DNA of 61,379 nt, the filler included. It is 5 parts of 5 records of this genome, joined end to end, with 100 filler letters (N's around TTAATTAATTAA, not from the genome) between each part and the next. Parts side by side here need not be neighbours in the genome. Positions count along the whole stretch, not along the records: positions 28,433 to 47,601 come from SRR22947725_2284; positions 47,702 to 55,021 come from SRR22947725_2289; 3 more parts are not named here. One strand, written 5' to 3'. Position numbers and translations under genes: made by a program. How positions within the stretch are numbered: the stretch's first letter is position 1; each line of letters begins with the position of its first letter. This document shows, piece after piece, positions 40,057 through 51,294 of this stretch. Under the pieces are notes generated by a model. The model ran no database searches. It was not told where the DNA came from and worked only from the letters and a program-made list of their open reading frames with translations.

Positions 40057-42528
40057 ATGGCTGCAGAAGAACCGATTCCGGAGAATCTGGAAATAGCCGA
40101 TGAACTGATTGCAGAACGTCGCGCTGAAGCACCTGGTGAAACACCTGAGGATATGACACCTTGGCAACGACCTATTACAGCAGCGATCGATGTCATCAAC
40201 TTTCGTGCAGGTCAGATCATTGCCCTTTTGATGATACCACTTATTGCAGTTGTTGTGTACGAAGTTATATCACGTAACCTTGACTCAATTCTAATCGATG
40301 CTGGTTTTGCAGGCTTAGCTAAAGCTCTTCATTTAGGGCCAACACTTTGGGTATATGACATGAGTCGAATGATAGCAGGTGTCCTCTGGATGGCCGCTGC
40401 TGGTTATGGCTTAATGCGTGGTGTACATATTCGCGCAGATTTCTTGTACCGCAACTGGACTGACAAAACTCAGGCAACAGTGGACGCTACGCTATACTTA
40501 CTTTTCTTCATGCCATCGATGATTTTTTTCACGTGGGTATCAACAGAATTTTGGTGGAGTGCTTTTTCATCAGGGGAAACCAACCAAGTAGATAGTGCAT
40601 GGGGGCCATTGTTATGGCCTGCAAGAACGGCAATGCCCGTTGGTGGTTTTCTATTGCTTATCCAAGGTATCCCAGAAATTTTCCGCGCTTTCCACAAAAT
40701 GGGCAAAGATCGTGAGAGAATTTTTGTTATGGCGCTACCTTTTTATCTCGCAGCTCTAACATGGCTTGTATTGGCAATTTTCTTGCCTGATGTAATTCCA
40801 GGTGGTGCGTGGTTTACAGAAATTATGAAAGCGACACCATCTATAGATAAGCCAACAATTGGTCTAATCATGATGGGCGCAATGTTATTTGTTATTTTTA
40901 TTGGCTTCCCAATTTCGTTCACACTGATCTTCTTGGCATTTGTTTTTGGTATCTGGGGATACAACTTCTTTTTTGCAACCTTCTTAATGACACTTGGCAC
41001 TAACTCCACAATGCTGAATGATCAGCTAATGGCTGTTCCATTGTTTGTCTTGATGGGCATTGTAATGGAATCTGCTGGTTTAATGGAGCGACTGTTTTCA
41101 TCAGTACAGATGATCATGTCTCGTGTGCGTGGTGCATTATTTATTGCTGTATTGATTGTCTCCACAATCTTCGCAGCAGCAACAGGTATCGTTGGAGCGT
41201 CTGTTACAATGTTAGGTATAATGGCTGGTGCAACAATGACGCGTGCTGGATATGATGTTAAATTAGCCGCTGGAACAATTACAGCAGGTGGAACACTTGG
41301 AATCTTAATACCACCTTCGATTATGCTGATCGTTATGGGTCCAGTACTGGAAGTATCTACACTTGATCTGTTCCGCGGTGCGTTTATCCCCGGAGCACTT
41401 CTTGCATCTTTATACTTACTTTATACACTTGGACGTTGCTGGTTAAATCCAGATTTAGGTCCAATTTTATCAGAAGAAGATCAACCAGATACATCGCGCT
41501 TTTATGGCGCAGAGGTTGCATTAATCTGTTTTGGTGTTTTAACTGTGTGCCGTGTATTTGGTCTAGGTTTGGGCGGCTCATTTGGAGGGTTTATTCCATT
41601 TGGAGGGCTTATTGCATTAATCATAATAGGAACAATTGCTTATAAAGCCTACCGAAACTTATCAATACTTCGGATCGCGTTGCCAATTGGAGTTCTGTTT
41701 CACCTTTACATGATTTTTGCAGGCATCAATGTCGATGGTAGTTTACCTATCATGTCAATCATTATGGGCGTATTTATTTTATTCTTAGCCTATTTAGGTC
41801 GCGTTATTTACAGTTCAGAAGCAGAGAAAGGTTTTTACTTCTCTGACTTATGGGATGAATTCTTTGCAGGTTTAATGCCACCAACAATACTTATTTCCTT
41901 TGCTTTAGGCTCAATACTACTAGGTTTTGCAACACCTGCAGAGGCGGCTGCTATGGGTGCGTTCGGATCAATAATTCTAGCTATTGCGTACCGAAAATTT
42001 ACCTTTCCAACTTTCAATGAGAATTTAATAAAGGCACTTGAAATCACTGTACTGATCATGTTCTTAGTTGCAGCTTCGAACTTCTTTGGTGCAGAATTCA
42101 GTTCATTAGGTACACCTAAGTTAATGACAGAAATCTTAATGGGCCTCGATATGTCTCCATATTTGATCTTGCTGTTAGTAATGTTACTAATATTCTTGCT
42201 GGGCTGGCCACTCGAATGGGTGCCAATTGTGTTAATTGTTGTCCCAATTATATTACCAACAGTACAATCTTTAGAACTACATGGTTTAAGCAGTTATGAC
42301 ACAATGGTCTGGTTTGGAATTCTTGTTGCTGTGAATTTACAAACTGCATGGCTCAGCCCACCAGTAGCCCTATCTGCCTACTTTTTAAAAGGCGTTGTGC
42401 CAAATTGGGATCTTAAGGATATTTATCTTGGAATGATGCAATTCATGTTAGTGCAGTTATTAGGATTGGCATTGATATTTATCTTCCCACAACTCGTTCT
42501 ATGGCTACCAAGGGTTATGGCAGGATAA
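40057..42528 (+). CDS. TRAP transporter fused small + large permease (DctQ-DctM)
   Basis: N-terminal DctQ (VYEVISR, HIRADF), C-terminal DctM (AVPLFVLMG, AATGIVGASV, GTLGILIPPS, ATPAEAAA, LSPPVA). Confidence 0.92.
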   Translation: MAAEEPIPENLEIADELIAERRAEAPGETPEDMTPWQRPITAAIDVINFRAGQIIALLMIPLIAVVVYEVISRNLDSILIDAGFAGLAKALHLGPTLWVYDMSRMIAGVLWMAAAGYGLMRGVHIRADFLYRNWTDKTQATVDATLYLLFFMPSMIFFTWVSTEFWWSAFSSGETNQVDSAWGPLLWPARTAMPVGGFLLLIQGIPEIFRAFHKMGKDRERIFVMALPFYLAALTWLVLAIFLPDVIPGGAWFTEIMKATPSIDKPTIGLIMMGAMLFVIFIGFPISFTLIFLAFVFGIWGYNFFFATFLMTLGTNSTMLNDQLMAVPLFVLMGIVMESAGLMERLFSSVQMIMSRVRGALFIAVLIVSTIFAAATGIVGASVTMLGIMAGATMTRAGYDVKLAAGTITAGGTLGILIPPSIMLIVMGPVLEVSTLDLFRGAFIPGALLASLYLLYTLGRCWLNPDLGPILSEEDQPDTSRFYGAEVALICFGVLTVCRVFGLGLGGSFGGFIPFGGLIALIIIGTIAYKAYRNLSILRIALPIGVLFHLYMIFAGINVDGSLPIMSIIMGVFILFLAYLGRVIYSSEAEKGFYFSDLWDEFFAGLMPPTILISFALGSILLGFATPAEAAAMGAFGSIILAIAYRKFTFPTFNENLIKALEITVLIMFLVAASNFFGAEFSSLGTPKLMTEILMGLDMSPYLILLLVMLLIFLLGWPLEWVPIVLIVVPIILPTVQSLELHGLSSYDTMVWFGILVAVNLQTAWLSPPVALSAYFLKGVVPNWDLKDIYLGMMQFMLVQLLGLALIFIFPQLVLWLPRVMAG

Positions 42529-42543
42529 TCTAAAATAAAAACT

Positions 42544-42578
42544 AAAAGCCCACCTTTTTACTAAGGTGGGCTTTTTTT
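42544..42578. terminator. Bidirectional rho-independent terminator
   Basis: AAAAGCCCACCTT-loop-AAGGTGGGC-T7 between convergent genes. Confidence 0.9.
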
Positions 42579-42598
42579 GCTCTTCAGATCTTATTAAA

Positions 42599-43897
42599 TT
42601 ATAATTTATCTCGCATTGAATACCAAAGCATAGCCAATACCAGCATTGGGGAGCGTAACATCACTCCACCTGGAAAACGTGGTGTTGGAACTGATGACAT
42701 AAAATCAAACTGTTCCGCCTGGCCTAAAATTGCCTCAGCCACCATTTTGCCACCCATGGTGGCCATTGCCACCCCATGGCCTGAATATCCTGAAGCAGAC
42801 AGAATATTACCATCTATACGTTCAAAATGTGGCATTCGATTCATTGTGATGCCCAATGTCCCACCCCATGCATAATCAATGCGAGCATCCTTTAATTGCG
42901 GATAGATTTGTAACATTGGCTTTCGCACCGTAGCCGCAATATCACGAGGAAATTTATATCCATAACTCTCAGATCCACCAAACAACAATCGGCGATCTGG
43001 ACTAAAGCGGAAATAATTCACTACGAATTTACTGTCTGCTACAGCATGATTGTTTTTAATCAATGCTTCTTGAGCATCCTTACTCATAGGTTCGGTTGCG
43101 ATAATAAAATTGTTAATTGGCATCACACGGGCGGCAACACGGCTATTTAAATTTCCAAGGTATCCATTGCAGGCGAGAACCACAAATTTTGCTCGGACAG
43201 ACCCACTTTCAGTTTTAATCACTGCTGGATCACCCGATTGCACATCTATAACCTTAGATTGTTCATAAATTGAAACACCTAAATCAACGCATTTACGCCC
43301 TAATCCAAGTGCGTAACGCAAAGGATCAATATGCCCCGCGCCCATATCTAGCGTAGCACCATAATATGCTGGGCTATTAACCAGTTCACGGGTTTCTTCA
43401 CGGCTTAGATTTTGGATTTTATCGTACCCATATTTATCTCGAAGGTGATCAGTATATGAATGTTCTTCACTTACGTAACGCTCACGATGAGCTGTATGGA
43501 TAATCCCATCTACAACGCCGCAATCATCCATATCTGCAGACAGATTACGTACCAAATCAACCGATTCCTGCGAAATATCCCACAATACGTTGGCGTGCTC
43601 ATCACCCAACATAGCTTCCAGCCCCTCTTGATCCATACGCTGACCACCAGACACTTGGCCACCATTGCGACCTGAAGCACCAAAGCCAAGACGCTGTGCC
43701 TCTAAAAGAGCTACCTTATAACCTGATTGAGCCAAATGTAATGCAGTGGAAAGGCCAGTAAATCCACCTCCTACTACACAGACATCAGCTTGTATTTCTC
43801 CATTAAGACATGAAAAGTCTTCAAGGTGTCTTGCATGTTCCGCATAATATGATGATGGATATTTACCTTGTTTGTCGTTTGCCGTTAACAGATCCAT
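42599..43897 (-). CDS. Gamma-glutamylputrescine oxidase-like FAD oxidoreductase (PuuB family)
   Basis: YPSSYYA, DVCVVGGGFTGLSTAL, GFGASGRNGGQ, YAWGG, GYSGHGVA; start at MDLLTAND. Confidence 0.85.
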   Translation of the reverse strand: MDLLTANDKQGKYPSSYYAEHARHLEDFSCLNGEIQADVCVVGGGFTGLSTALHLAQSGYKVALLEAQRLGFGASGRNGGQVSGGQRMDQEGLEAMLGDEHANVLWDISQESVDLVRNLSADMDDCGVVDGIIHTAHRERYVSEEHSYTDHLRDKYGYDKIQNLSREETRELVNSPAYYGATLDMGAGHIDPLRYALGLGRKCVDLGVSIYEQSKVIDVQSGDPAVIKTESGSVRAKFVVLACNGYLGNLNSRVAARVMPINNFIIATEPMSKDAQEALIKNNHAVADSKFVVNYFRFSPDRRLLFGGSESYGYKFPRDIAATVRKPMLQIYPQLKDARIDYAWGGTLGITMNRMPHFERIDGNILSASGYSGHGVAMATMGGKMVAEAILGQAEQFDFMSSVPTPRFPGGVMLRSPMLVLAMLWYSMRDKL

Positions 43898-43898
43898 T

Positions 43899-45275
43899 TT
43901 AAGCATTTAACAACAAGTGTTCACGTTCCCAAGGAGATATTTCACGCTGGTACTCTAATAATTCCGCATGCTTTATTTGCGTATATAAATCACAAAACTC
44001 TTGTCCCAATACTTGCTGTAATTCTTTATCTTCTTCAAATAAATTAAGCGCGGCAAACAATGAATGTGGCAAGCCATTATCAGTCTCAAAAATTTCAACA
44101 TTTACGCTGTCACGAGGATTTAGTTTATTAATCATACCTAAGTACCCAGCAGCTAAACTCACAGAAATCGCTAAATAAGGATTTGCATCACTACCTGTAA
44201 CTCGATTCTCAACCCTACGATCATCACCACCCGAAATAGGAATGCGCAATCCTGTGGTTCTGTTATCGGAAGCCCACTCAAGATTTGAAGGTGCTGAATA
44301 TGCTCCAGCCAATCTTCTGTATGAATTAACATATGGAGCTAAAAGCGGTAACGAGTTTTGCAAATGTTTTTGTGATCCTCCAATAAAATTGTAAAATAAA
44401 TCTGTAGGAGTGCCATCCGCTTTAGAAAATAAGTTTTTATTAGTTTTAATATCAACTATTGATTGATGAATATGCATAGCGGATCCAGGCTGATCACGCA
44501 TAGGTTTAGCCATAAAAGTTGCAAATACCCCATGTTTTAATGCTGCTTCACGTATCGTTCTTTTAAAATAAAATACCTGATCCGCCAATGATAACGGATC
44601 ACCATGCATAAGATTTATTTCAATCTGCCCTGCTCCACCCTCTTGGATAATCGTTCCAATTTCCAAACCCTGTGCTTCAGTATAGTCATAGATTGTATCA
44701 ATAACATCACCGAATTCATCTACGGCAACCATTGAAAAAGCTTGCTGTCGAGCACCGATGCGACCTGTTCTTCCAACAGGAGGCTGAATTTCTTCTTTTG
44801 GATCAGTATTAGGTTTAGTTAAATAAAACTCAAGTTCAGGCGCTACTACAGCTCGCCATCCTTTTCTTTCATAAAGACCCATAATACGTCTTAAAACATT
44901 ACGAGGAGCTATTTGTAAATCTTCACCCTCCCGAGTTTCAATATTATTAATTATTTGAACGGATGCGTCTTCAGACCATGGTACTGCAGTTGCCGTAGTC
45001 ATGTCAGGACGCAAAACAATATCTTTTTCTGTCCATTGATTTTCAATATCATCCATATCTACATATTCACCCGATATAGTTTGATAAAATAATGATATTG
45101 GTAAAAAAGTGGTTCCTGTAGATGAAAACTTATGTGCTGGCATAGTCTTCCCTCGAGACATTCCAGCAATATCAGGGATTATGCTTTCTACTTCTTCTAA
45201 TTTACGTGTGCCTTTATGAGCCATAAATGCTTTTGGGAGTTCTTTCACCCAATCATTTTTATCGTTATTACTCAT
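43899..45275 (-). CDS. Glutamine synthetase family protein (PuuA-like gamma-glutamylpolyamine synthetase)
   Basis: PDIAGMSRGK, APELEFYL, ATFMAKPM..QPGSAMHIHQS, DNRT, WEREHLLLN. Confidence 0.88.
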   Translation of the reverse strand: MSNNDKNDWVKELPKAFMAHKGTRKLEEVESIIPDIAGMSRGKTMPAHKFSSTGTTFLPISLFYQTISGEYVDMDDIENQWTEKDIVLRPDMTTATAVPWSEDASVQIINNIETREGEDLQIAPRNVLRRIMGLYERKGWRAVVAPELEFYLTKPNTDPKEEIQPPVGRTGRIGARQQAFSMVAVDEFGDVIDTIYDYTEAQGLEIGTIIQEGGAGQIEINLMHGDPLSLADQVFYFKRTIREAALKHGVFATFMAKPMRDQPGSAMHIHQSIVDIKTNKNLFSKADGTPTDLFYNFIGGSQKHLQNSLPLLAPYVNSYRRLAGAYSAPSNLEWASDNRTTGLRIPISGGDDRRVENRVTGSDANPYLAISVSLAAGYLGMINKLNPRDSVNVEIFETDNGLPHSLFAALNLFEEDKELQQVLGQEFCDLYTQIKHAELLEYQREISPWEREHLLLNA

Positions 45276-45360
45276 GATACCCCACCCATAAATTAATTAA
45301 AATAATTTACATATTTGAATATTTAACACAAAAAATATTATAAACCATTTTATATTTAGA

Positions 45361-46329
45361 TTATACCCGCCCAATAATTTTTCCTTGAGCGCCTTTTTGT
45401 TTTGCTAATAAACATAGAAAATCATGGCCAATAGTTGCAGCTGCAATAGCTGTTATTTCACTAACGTCATAAGCAGGTGAAACTTCAACAATATCCATTC
45501 CAATTAGATCTAAGCTTTCTAATCCACGTAACAATTCTAGGCCTTGCCATGTGGCAAGCCCCCCAACTACTGGCGTTCCTGTTCCTGGAGCAAAAGCTGG
45601 GTCAAAACCATCGACATCCCAAGAAATATAAACAGGACTATTACCTGCCCGATCTTTAATTATTTTCAAGGCAGCATCGATACCATTTCTATGTACCCAA
45701 GGTGCAGTTAATATTTCAAAACCACAGTCTGTATTATTATATGTTCTTAATCCAATTTGAGTAGATTTGGAGGCATCTATAACACCTTCAGAAACTGCTC
45801 TACCAAACATTGTACCATGATCCATTCCTCCATTATCTTCCCAAGTATCACAATGTGCATCAAATTGTATTAAACTAATTGGACCATGCTTCTTGGCATG
45901 AGCTTTAAGTAATGGATAGGATATAAAATGATCACCACCAAAGGTTAGCATCTTAGTATCACCAGATATTATTTTTGATGCATGTGCTTCAATCGATTTT
46001 GATATTGTTTCAGGATGATGCGGATCTAAATGGCAATCACCATAATCTACAATTGATAAATACTCATAAAGCTTAAATCCAAATGGGAATGCATCTAATT
46101 CTGCGAGTTGCACAGATGCTTGTCTAATTGCACGTGGTCCAAGTCTACAACCAGGGCGATAAGTAACCGCATTATCAAATGGTATTCCACTAACTGCTAC
46201 ATCTACACCATTTAGATCTTGACTGTATTTTCGCCTTAAAAATGATAGGGCCCCTCCGTATGTCATTTCATGAAAAGATCCAAATGTATCATTTGATTTA
46301 AACGCAAAATCACCTTTTTTATCTGTCAT
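45361..46329 (-). CDS. speB: Agmatinase (ureohydrolase)
   Basis: GGDH, DAHCD, DVDGFDPAFAPGTGTP, DIVEVSPAYD. Confidence 0.88.
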   Translation of the reverse strand: MTDKKGDFAFKSNDTFGSFHEMTYGGALSFLRRKYSQDLNGVDVAVSGIPFDNAVTYRPGCRLGPRAIRQASVQLAELDAFPFGFKLYEYLSIVDYGDCHLDPHHPETISKSIEAHASKIISGDTKMLTFGGDHFISYPLLKAHAKKHGPISLIQFDAHCDTWEDNGGMDHGTMFGRAVSEGVIDASKSTQIGLRTYNNTDCGFEILTAPWVHRNGIDAALKIIKDRAGNSPVYISWDVDGFDPAFAPGTGTPVVGGLATWQGLELLRGLESLDLIGMDIVEVSPAYDVSEITAIAAATIGHDFLCLLAKQKGAQGKIIGRV

Positions 46330-46337
46330 AATTAATC

Positions 46338-47600
46338 CTATAATCTACTTAAATAAGTTTTATATTCTATAGGCGGAATTTCAGCTTGTATTTGAGCAAT
46401 TTCATTTCGCCTTAAAACAGAATAGATATTGCAATAAGTTTTGCCAAAAATAGTTTTTGCTAGTATTGAGTTTTCAAATTTATCTACACTTTGGTCCCAA
46501 TTGGTTGTCAATGGAACTGCTGGCAATGAATTAATATCTTCAATTGGTAATGGAGGTTCTTTTTTAGTTTCTATTCCATGCAAAATTCCAGCTAATATAG
46601 CAGTAAAAGCTAAATATGGGTTTATATCAGCACCACATATTCTATGCTCAAGGCGTGAGGCTGGCCCATTGATTACAGGTAATCTTATACCTGCATTACG
46701 GTTATCAATACCCCAATCCGGAGCGCAAGGTGCAAAACCACCAGGAAAAAACCGTCTATATGAATTCATGTGAGGAGCAAAAATTGCTTGGAAATCTTCC
46801 ATAGTATTTAAAACACCAGAAATAGCATATCTGAGATTTGGTGCAATTTGATCGTCTGAAGAATTAAAAATATTTTCACCACTACTGTCTAAAACAGATG
46901 CATGTAAATGCATTCCATTGCCAGGATGATTTGCATATGGCTTAGCCATAAATGTAGCTTCCATATCATATTCTTCTGCAACACCTCTTACGAGCCGGCG
47001 AAAAATTACAGCAGTATCGGCTGCTGCTAAAACATCATCTGTATGGTGAAAATTAATTTCAAATTGGCCAGGACCAAATTCTGCAATTATTGAGTCAATC
47101 GGCAATCCTAGTTTTTTTGATGCTTTTTGTATTGCTCTAAGCATATCTTCAGATCGAGATAAAACTTCAAGGTCATAATTTTGTGCTTCAGGTGTTCTCT
47201 CAGGTGGCGATGGTGGATCAGTTACAGCTTTTCTTTTATTGAAAACATAAAATTCTAATTCACATGCGATAACTGGGTTTAAACCTTGTTTCTTGTATTT
47301 ATTCACTATTTTTTCAAGAATTAACCTAGGAGATAATGTGGAAATATCTCCATTCATTTCATGCATTTCTACCAACACTTGTGCCACATTCCCCTTTGCC
47401 CACGGCACTGGCTTTAATGTCCCATCAATTGGTTTTAAAATTCCATCAGGATCACCTTGGACTATACCTAAACCTGTTTCAGGAATTTCATATCCAAAGA
47501 TATTTGGAGCATATGTGGAAAGTGGTATTCTAACTAGACCGTCTACAAGCTTAGAAATTTCTGATGCAGGTAACCATTTACCTCTTAAAACTGCATTTAT
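46338..47600 (-). CDS. Second glutamine synthetase family protein, 5'-truncated by the contig end
   Basis: Frame open to the contig edge (INAVLRGKWLP..GDPDG), ELEFY, EFGPGQFEIN, ATFMAKPY..HPGNGMHLH, WGIDNR. Confidence 0.88.
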   Translation of the reverse strand: MNAVLRGKWLPASEISKLVDGLVRIPLSTYAPNIFGYEIPETGLGIVQGDPDGILKPIDGTLKPVPWAKGNVAQVLVEMHEMNGDISTLSPRLILEKIVNKYKKQGLNPVIACELEFYVFNKRKAVTDPPSPPERTPEAQNYDLEVLSRSEDMLRAIQKASKKLGLPIDSIIAEFGPGQFEINFHHTDDVLAAADTAVIFRRLVRGVAEEYDMEATFMAKPYANHPGNGMHLHASVLDSSGENIFNSSDDQIAPNLRYAISGVLNTMEDFQAIFAPHMNSYRRFFPGGFAPCAPDWGIDNRNAGIRLPVINGPASRLEHRICGADINPYLAFTAILAGILHGIETKKEPPLPIEDINSLPAVPLTTNWDQSVDKFENSILAKTIFGKTYCNIYSVLRRNEIAQIQAEIPPIEYKTYLSRL

Positions 47601-47601
47601 G

Positions 47602-47701
47602 NNNNNNNNNNNNNNNNNNNNNNNNNNNNNNNNNNNNNNNNNNNNTTAATTAATTAANNNNNNNNNNNNNNNNNNNNNNNNNNNNNNNNNNNNNNNNNNN
47701 N
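47602..47701. other. Artificial contig spacer
   Basis: N44-TTAATTAATTAA-N44. Confidence 0.99.
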
Positions 47702-48434
47702 TTCCTTCTTGTTCTCCATTTACTTTTATAAGTACCTCTAACGCTTCTTCTGGTTTGTTTTTCAACATTAAAGAACGAGGTGTGTCTGGCACAAAGAATA
47801 ATAGGCCTAAAAATAATCCTGCAGGAATAACTTCGGAAGCAAACATCCATCTCCAGCCTACTTCGTTTAACCATGCATCAGAACCTCCACCTTTAGAAAT
47901 AAAATAGTTTACAAAATAAACCACCATAAAACCACCAACAATGGCCAATTGATTAAACGACACTAATTTACCCCTGCTTTTTGCTGGGGCTATTTCAGCT
48001 ATATAAAGCGGTGACAACATAGATGCTAATCCAACACCTATACCTCCAAGTATTCGATAGCATATAAAAATTGTGGAAAATGTGTGGTCTAACTCTCCTA
48101 TTGGTTTAATAAACATTTCTGGCATCGCAGAACCTAAAGCTGATATTAAAAATAATATTGCGGCTAGAATAAGTCCTTTTTTTCTACCTAATTTTTTACT
48201 GACAAGTCCACCAAAAATACCACCAATGATACACCCAATTAAAGCACTTGCTACTAAAAACCCTTTAAATGCACTTGCTGCACCTTCTGACAACCCTTTA
48301 GGAGTGACAAAAAAGCTATCTAATGAACCTACAGTTCCAGAAATTACACCTGTATCATATCCAAACAAGAGTCCGCCAAGTGTTGCTACTAATGTGAGTT
48401 TAATTAAGTACTTTGAATTGGTTGATGTTTCCAT
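47702..48434 (-). CDS. xylE: D-xylose:H+ symporter (MFS sugar porter), 3'-truncated by the contig edge
   Basis: LGGLLFGYDTGVISG, GRKKGL, YIAEIAPAKSRGKLVSFNQ, GWRWMFASE; follows xylA. Confidence 0.92.
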
Positions 48435-48461
48435 AATGTTTATTTTAATTTACTTGCTTTT

Positions 48462-49787
48462 TTATATGTATTGATTTATAATATTCTCAAACAACTCTTG
48501 TTTACCACTTTGTAATTGTAGTTCACCATTTTCTTGTGCAAGCCTATATAAATCTTGTAACCCTAATTTTCCGTTTTCAAAGTCTTTCCCTTTGCCAGAA
48601 TCAAAAGAACGATAACGTTCTTGTCTTAACTTTTCATAAGGTGAAGATGTTATGATTTTATCTGCAATGAGTAACGCGCGTGCAAAAGTATCAGCGCCCC
48701 CAATATGTGCATGAAATACATCATCCATATCTGTTGAGTTTCTTCTGATTTTAGCATCGAAGTTTACACCTCCACCTTGTAAACCTCCAGCTTTTAGGAA
48801 AACTAACATCGCCTCGGTAGTTTCTTGAATGTTATTTGGAAACTGATCCGTATCCCATCCGTTTTGATAATCGCCTCTGTTAGCATCTAAACTTCCTAGC
48901 ATCCCCGCTTTTGCAGCGGTTTCCATTTCATGCTGAAAGGTGTGTTGTGCCAAAGTAGCATGGTTTACCTCAATATTTATTTTGAAATCTTTGTCTAAGC
49001 CATACTCCTTTAAGAACCCGATGGCTGTTGCCGTATCAAAATCGTATTGATGTTTGGATGGTTCCATAGGTTTAGGTTCTATAAAGAAGTTTCCTTTAAA
49101 GCCTTGTGATCTTGCATAATCTCTACACATGGCTAAAAACTGCCCCATATGATCCAGTTCTCTACCCATATCCGTATTTAGCAAAGACATATACCCTTCA
49201 CGACCACCCCAGAATACGTAGTTTTCTCCGCCTAATTTTATAGTGGCATCTAAGGCCAATTTAATTTGTCCTCCAGCTCTAGCAACCACATCGAAATCTG
49301 GGTTGGTAGAAGCACCATTCATATATCGTGGATTTGAAAAACAGTTTGCTGTTCCCCATAATAATTTAGCTCCAGAAGCGGTTTGTTTTTCCATTAAGTA
49401 ATCGGTAATCGTAGCTAATCGGCTTTCTGATTCTGCAAAGCTTTGACCTTCTTGAATCAAATCAAAATCGTGAAAACAGTAGTATCCGAATCCCATTTTT
49501 GTAATGAATTCAAAAGCGGCATCTGCTTTATCTTTTGCTGCCTGAATAGCATCTGATGATTTATCCCAAGCAAAGTTTTGTGTTCCTGGTCCAAATGGAT
49601 CACTCCCTTGTCCACAGAAGGTGTGCCAATAGGCTACCGAAAATTTAAAATGATCGCGCATGGTTTTTCCCGCTACTATTTGGTCTGGATTGTAATATTT
49701 AAATGCCAATGGGTTGTCTGAATTCTTACCTTCAAACTTTATGTCTCCAATTCCTTTAAAATATTCTGTATTACCTATAACTGCCAT
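48462..49787 (-). CDS. xylA: Xylose isomerase (class II)
   Basis: [45 protein letters not shown]. Confidence 0.98.
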   Translation of the reverse strand: MAVIGNTEYFKGIGDIKFEGKNSDNPLAFKYYNPDQIVAGKTMRDHFKFSVAYWHTFCGQGSDPFGPGTQNFAWDKSSDAIQAAKDKADAAFEFITKMGFGYYCFHDFDLIQEGQSFAESESRLATITDYLMEKQTASGAKLLWGTANCFSNPRYMNGASTNPDFDVVARAGGQIKLALDATIKLGGENYVFWGGREGYMSLLNTDMGRELDHMGQFLAMCRDYARSQGFKGNFFIEPKPMEPSKHQYDFDTATAIGFLKEYGLDKDFKINIEVNHATLAQHTFQHEMETAAKAGMLGSLDANRGDYQNGWDTDQFPNNIQETTEAMLVFLKAGGLQGGGVNFDAKIRRNSTDMDDVFHAHIGGADTFARALLIADKIITSSPYEKLRQERYRSFDSGKGKDFENGKLGLQDLYRLAQENGELQLQSGKQELFENIINQYI

Positions 49788-49804
49788 GATGTTGATTTTT
49801 ATTA

Positions 49805-51292
49805 TTATTCTTTATTTAATATAAGTTCTAATTCGATTTTCCAATTTTGATACGCTTTTAAATAAGCCTCTTTATCTTTGAATGGCATAAAGGTCATCAC
49901 GTGGTCATTATCCATTATTGATTTGCCAAAACTTTCAAAATCGCCTTTGTGTAAATTTGCCGCACGTGCAGCACCAATAGCTCCTGTAGTATTATAAATT
50001 TCTATTTCTTGTCCTATTAATGTTGCGACAGTATTTGCAAATATTTCTGAACGAAATAAATTATCGTTTCCTGCTCTTATTACTTTGGCCTGAATACCAT
50101 CAGATTTCAATAATTCTATCCCATAAACAAATGAAAATGCAATCCCTTCCAGAGCTGCTCTACACATATGTCCTTTATGGTGGTTGTTTAAATTTAAATT
50201 GACGATTCTAGTACCTATTTCTTTGTTGTTCAGCATACGCTCTGCTCCGTTCCCAAAGGGTATTAAACATACACCATCAGATCCTACTGGAATTTCTGAG
50301 GCTAAATTGTTCATCTCTTCATAAGAACTCACTGCCAAATTGTTTAGTAACCAACGGTATTGAATACCTGCTCCATTAACACATAATAATTTACCTATTC
50401 GGGCCTCTGCTCCTTTTTTATAATTGACATGTGCAAAATTATTAACTCGAGCACTTTCTTTTACAGATAGGCTATCGGTTACTGCATATACAACTCCTGA
50501 TGTTCCGCCTGTGGCTGCGACTTCTCCTGGGTTAAATACGTTTAATGATAATGCGTTATTGGGCTGATCCCCAGCTCTGTAATAAATTGGTGTACCCGCT
50601 GCTATACCACTTGCTGCTTCTCCTTTTTCATCAACGACAGCTTGTAAACCAAACGTATCTACAATTTCTGGAACCAGTGCTTTATCGATACCATAATGCT
50701 CTAGTAGAAAATCTGCCACTTGATCCTTTTTAAAATCCCAAAAGACGCCTTCAGATAAGCCAGATATGGTCGTATTTATAGCATTTGAAAATTTATAGGC
50801 TATATAATCACCAGGAAGCATGAATTTGTAAATGCTCTTATAAATCTTTGGCTCATTGTCTTTGACCCATTTTAATTTTGAAGCTGTAAAATTTGCAGGT
50901 GAGTTTAAAAGGTTTGACGCACAGGTTTCTTCTCCAATGGTTTCGAACGCTTTGTTACCAATTTCTACCGCACGACTATCGCACCAGATAATACTTTTTC
51001 TAAGTGGATTCCCTACTTTATCTACAATCACCAATCCGTGCATTTGGTAGGATATGCCAATCCCTTTTATTTGGGATCTTGATATGTTATGTTGTTGTTT
51101 TAATCTAGTTATCGCTTTACAAATATGTTTCCACCAATCTTCTGGTTTTTGTTCTGCCCATCCGTTTTGTTTAGCGAACATACCCATCTCTTCTTCAGGC
51201 TCTTGAACAACTCCTAGGCTTTTACCTGTTGCTATTTCAACCAAAGCTGCTTTGATGCTTGAACTGCCAAGATCTAATCCTAAATGATACAT
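49805..51292 (-). CDS. xylB: Xylulokinase (FGGY family)
   Basis: [28 protein letters not shown]; upstream of xylA; start at MYHLG. Confidence 0.92.
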   Translation of the reverse strand: MYHLGLDLGSSSIKAALVEIATGKSLGVVQEPEEEMGMFAKQNGWAEQKPEDWWKHICKAITRLKQQHNISRSQIKGIGISYQMHGLVIVDKVGNPLRKSIIWCDSRAVEIGNKAFETIGEETCASNLLNSPANFTASKLKWVKDNEPKIYKSIYKFMLPGDYIAYKFSNAINTTISGLSEGVFWDFKKDQVADFLLEHYGIDKALVPEIVDTFGLQAVVDEKGEAASGIAAGTPIYYRAGDQPNNALSLNVFNPGEVAATGGTSGVVYAVTDSLSVKESARVNNFAHVNYKKGAEARIGKLLCVNGAGIQYRWLLNNLAVSSYEEMNNLASEIPVGSDGVCLIPFGNGAERMLNNKEIGTRIVNLNLNNHHKGHMCRAALEGIAFSFVYGIELLKSDGIQAKVIRAGNDNLFRSEIFANTVATLIGQEIEIYNTTGAIGAARAANLHKGDFESFGKSIMDNDHVMTFMPFKDKEAYLKAYQNWKIELELILNKE

Positions 51293-51294
51293 AA

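Noticed and set aside
20133..42528. One large sulfur-scavenging island combining the sulfatases with the hps/ise genes
   Set aside because: The two parts are separate contigs with visibly different base composition; their adjacency is artificial.
47293..47874. ORFs containing X runs that cross spacers (also 55070-55372 and the tail of 27644-28384)
   Set aside because: Artefacts of translating through N linkers.
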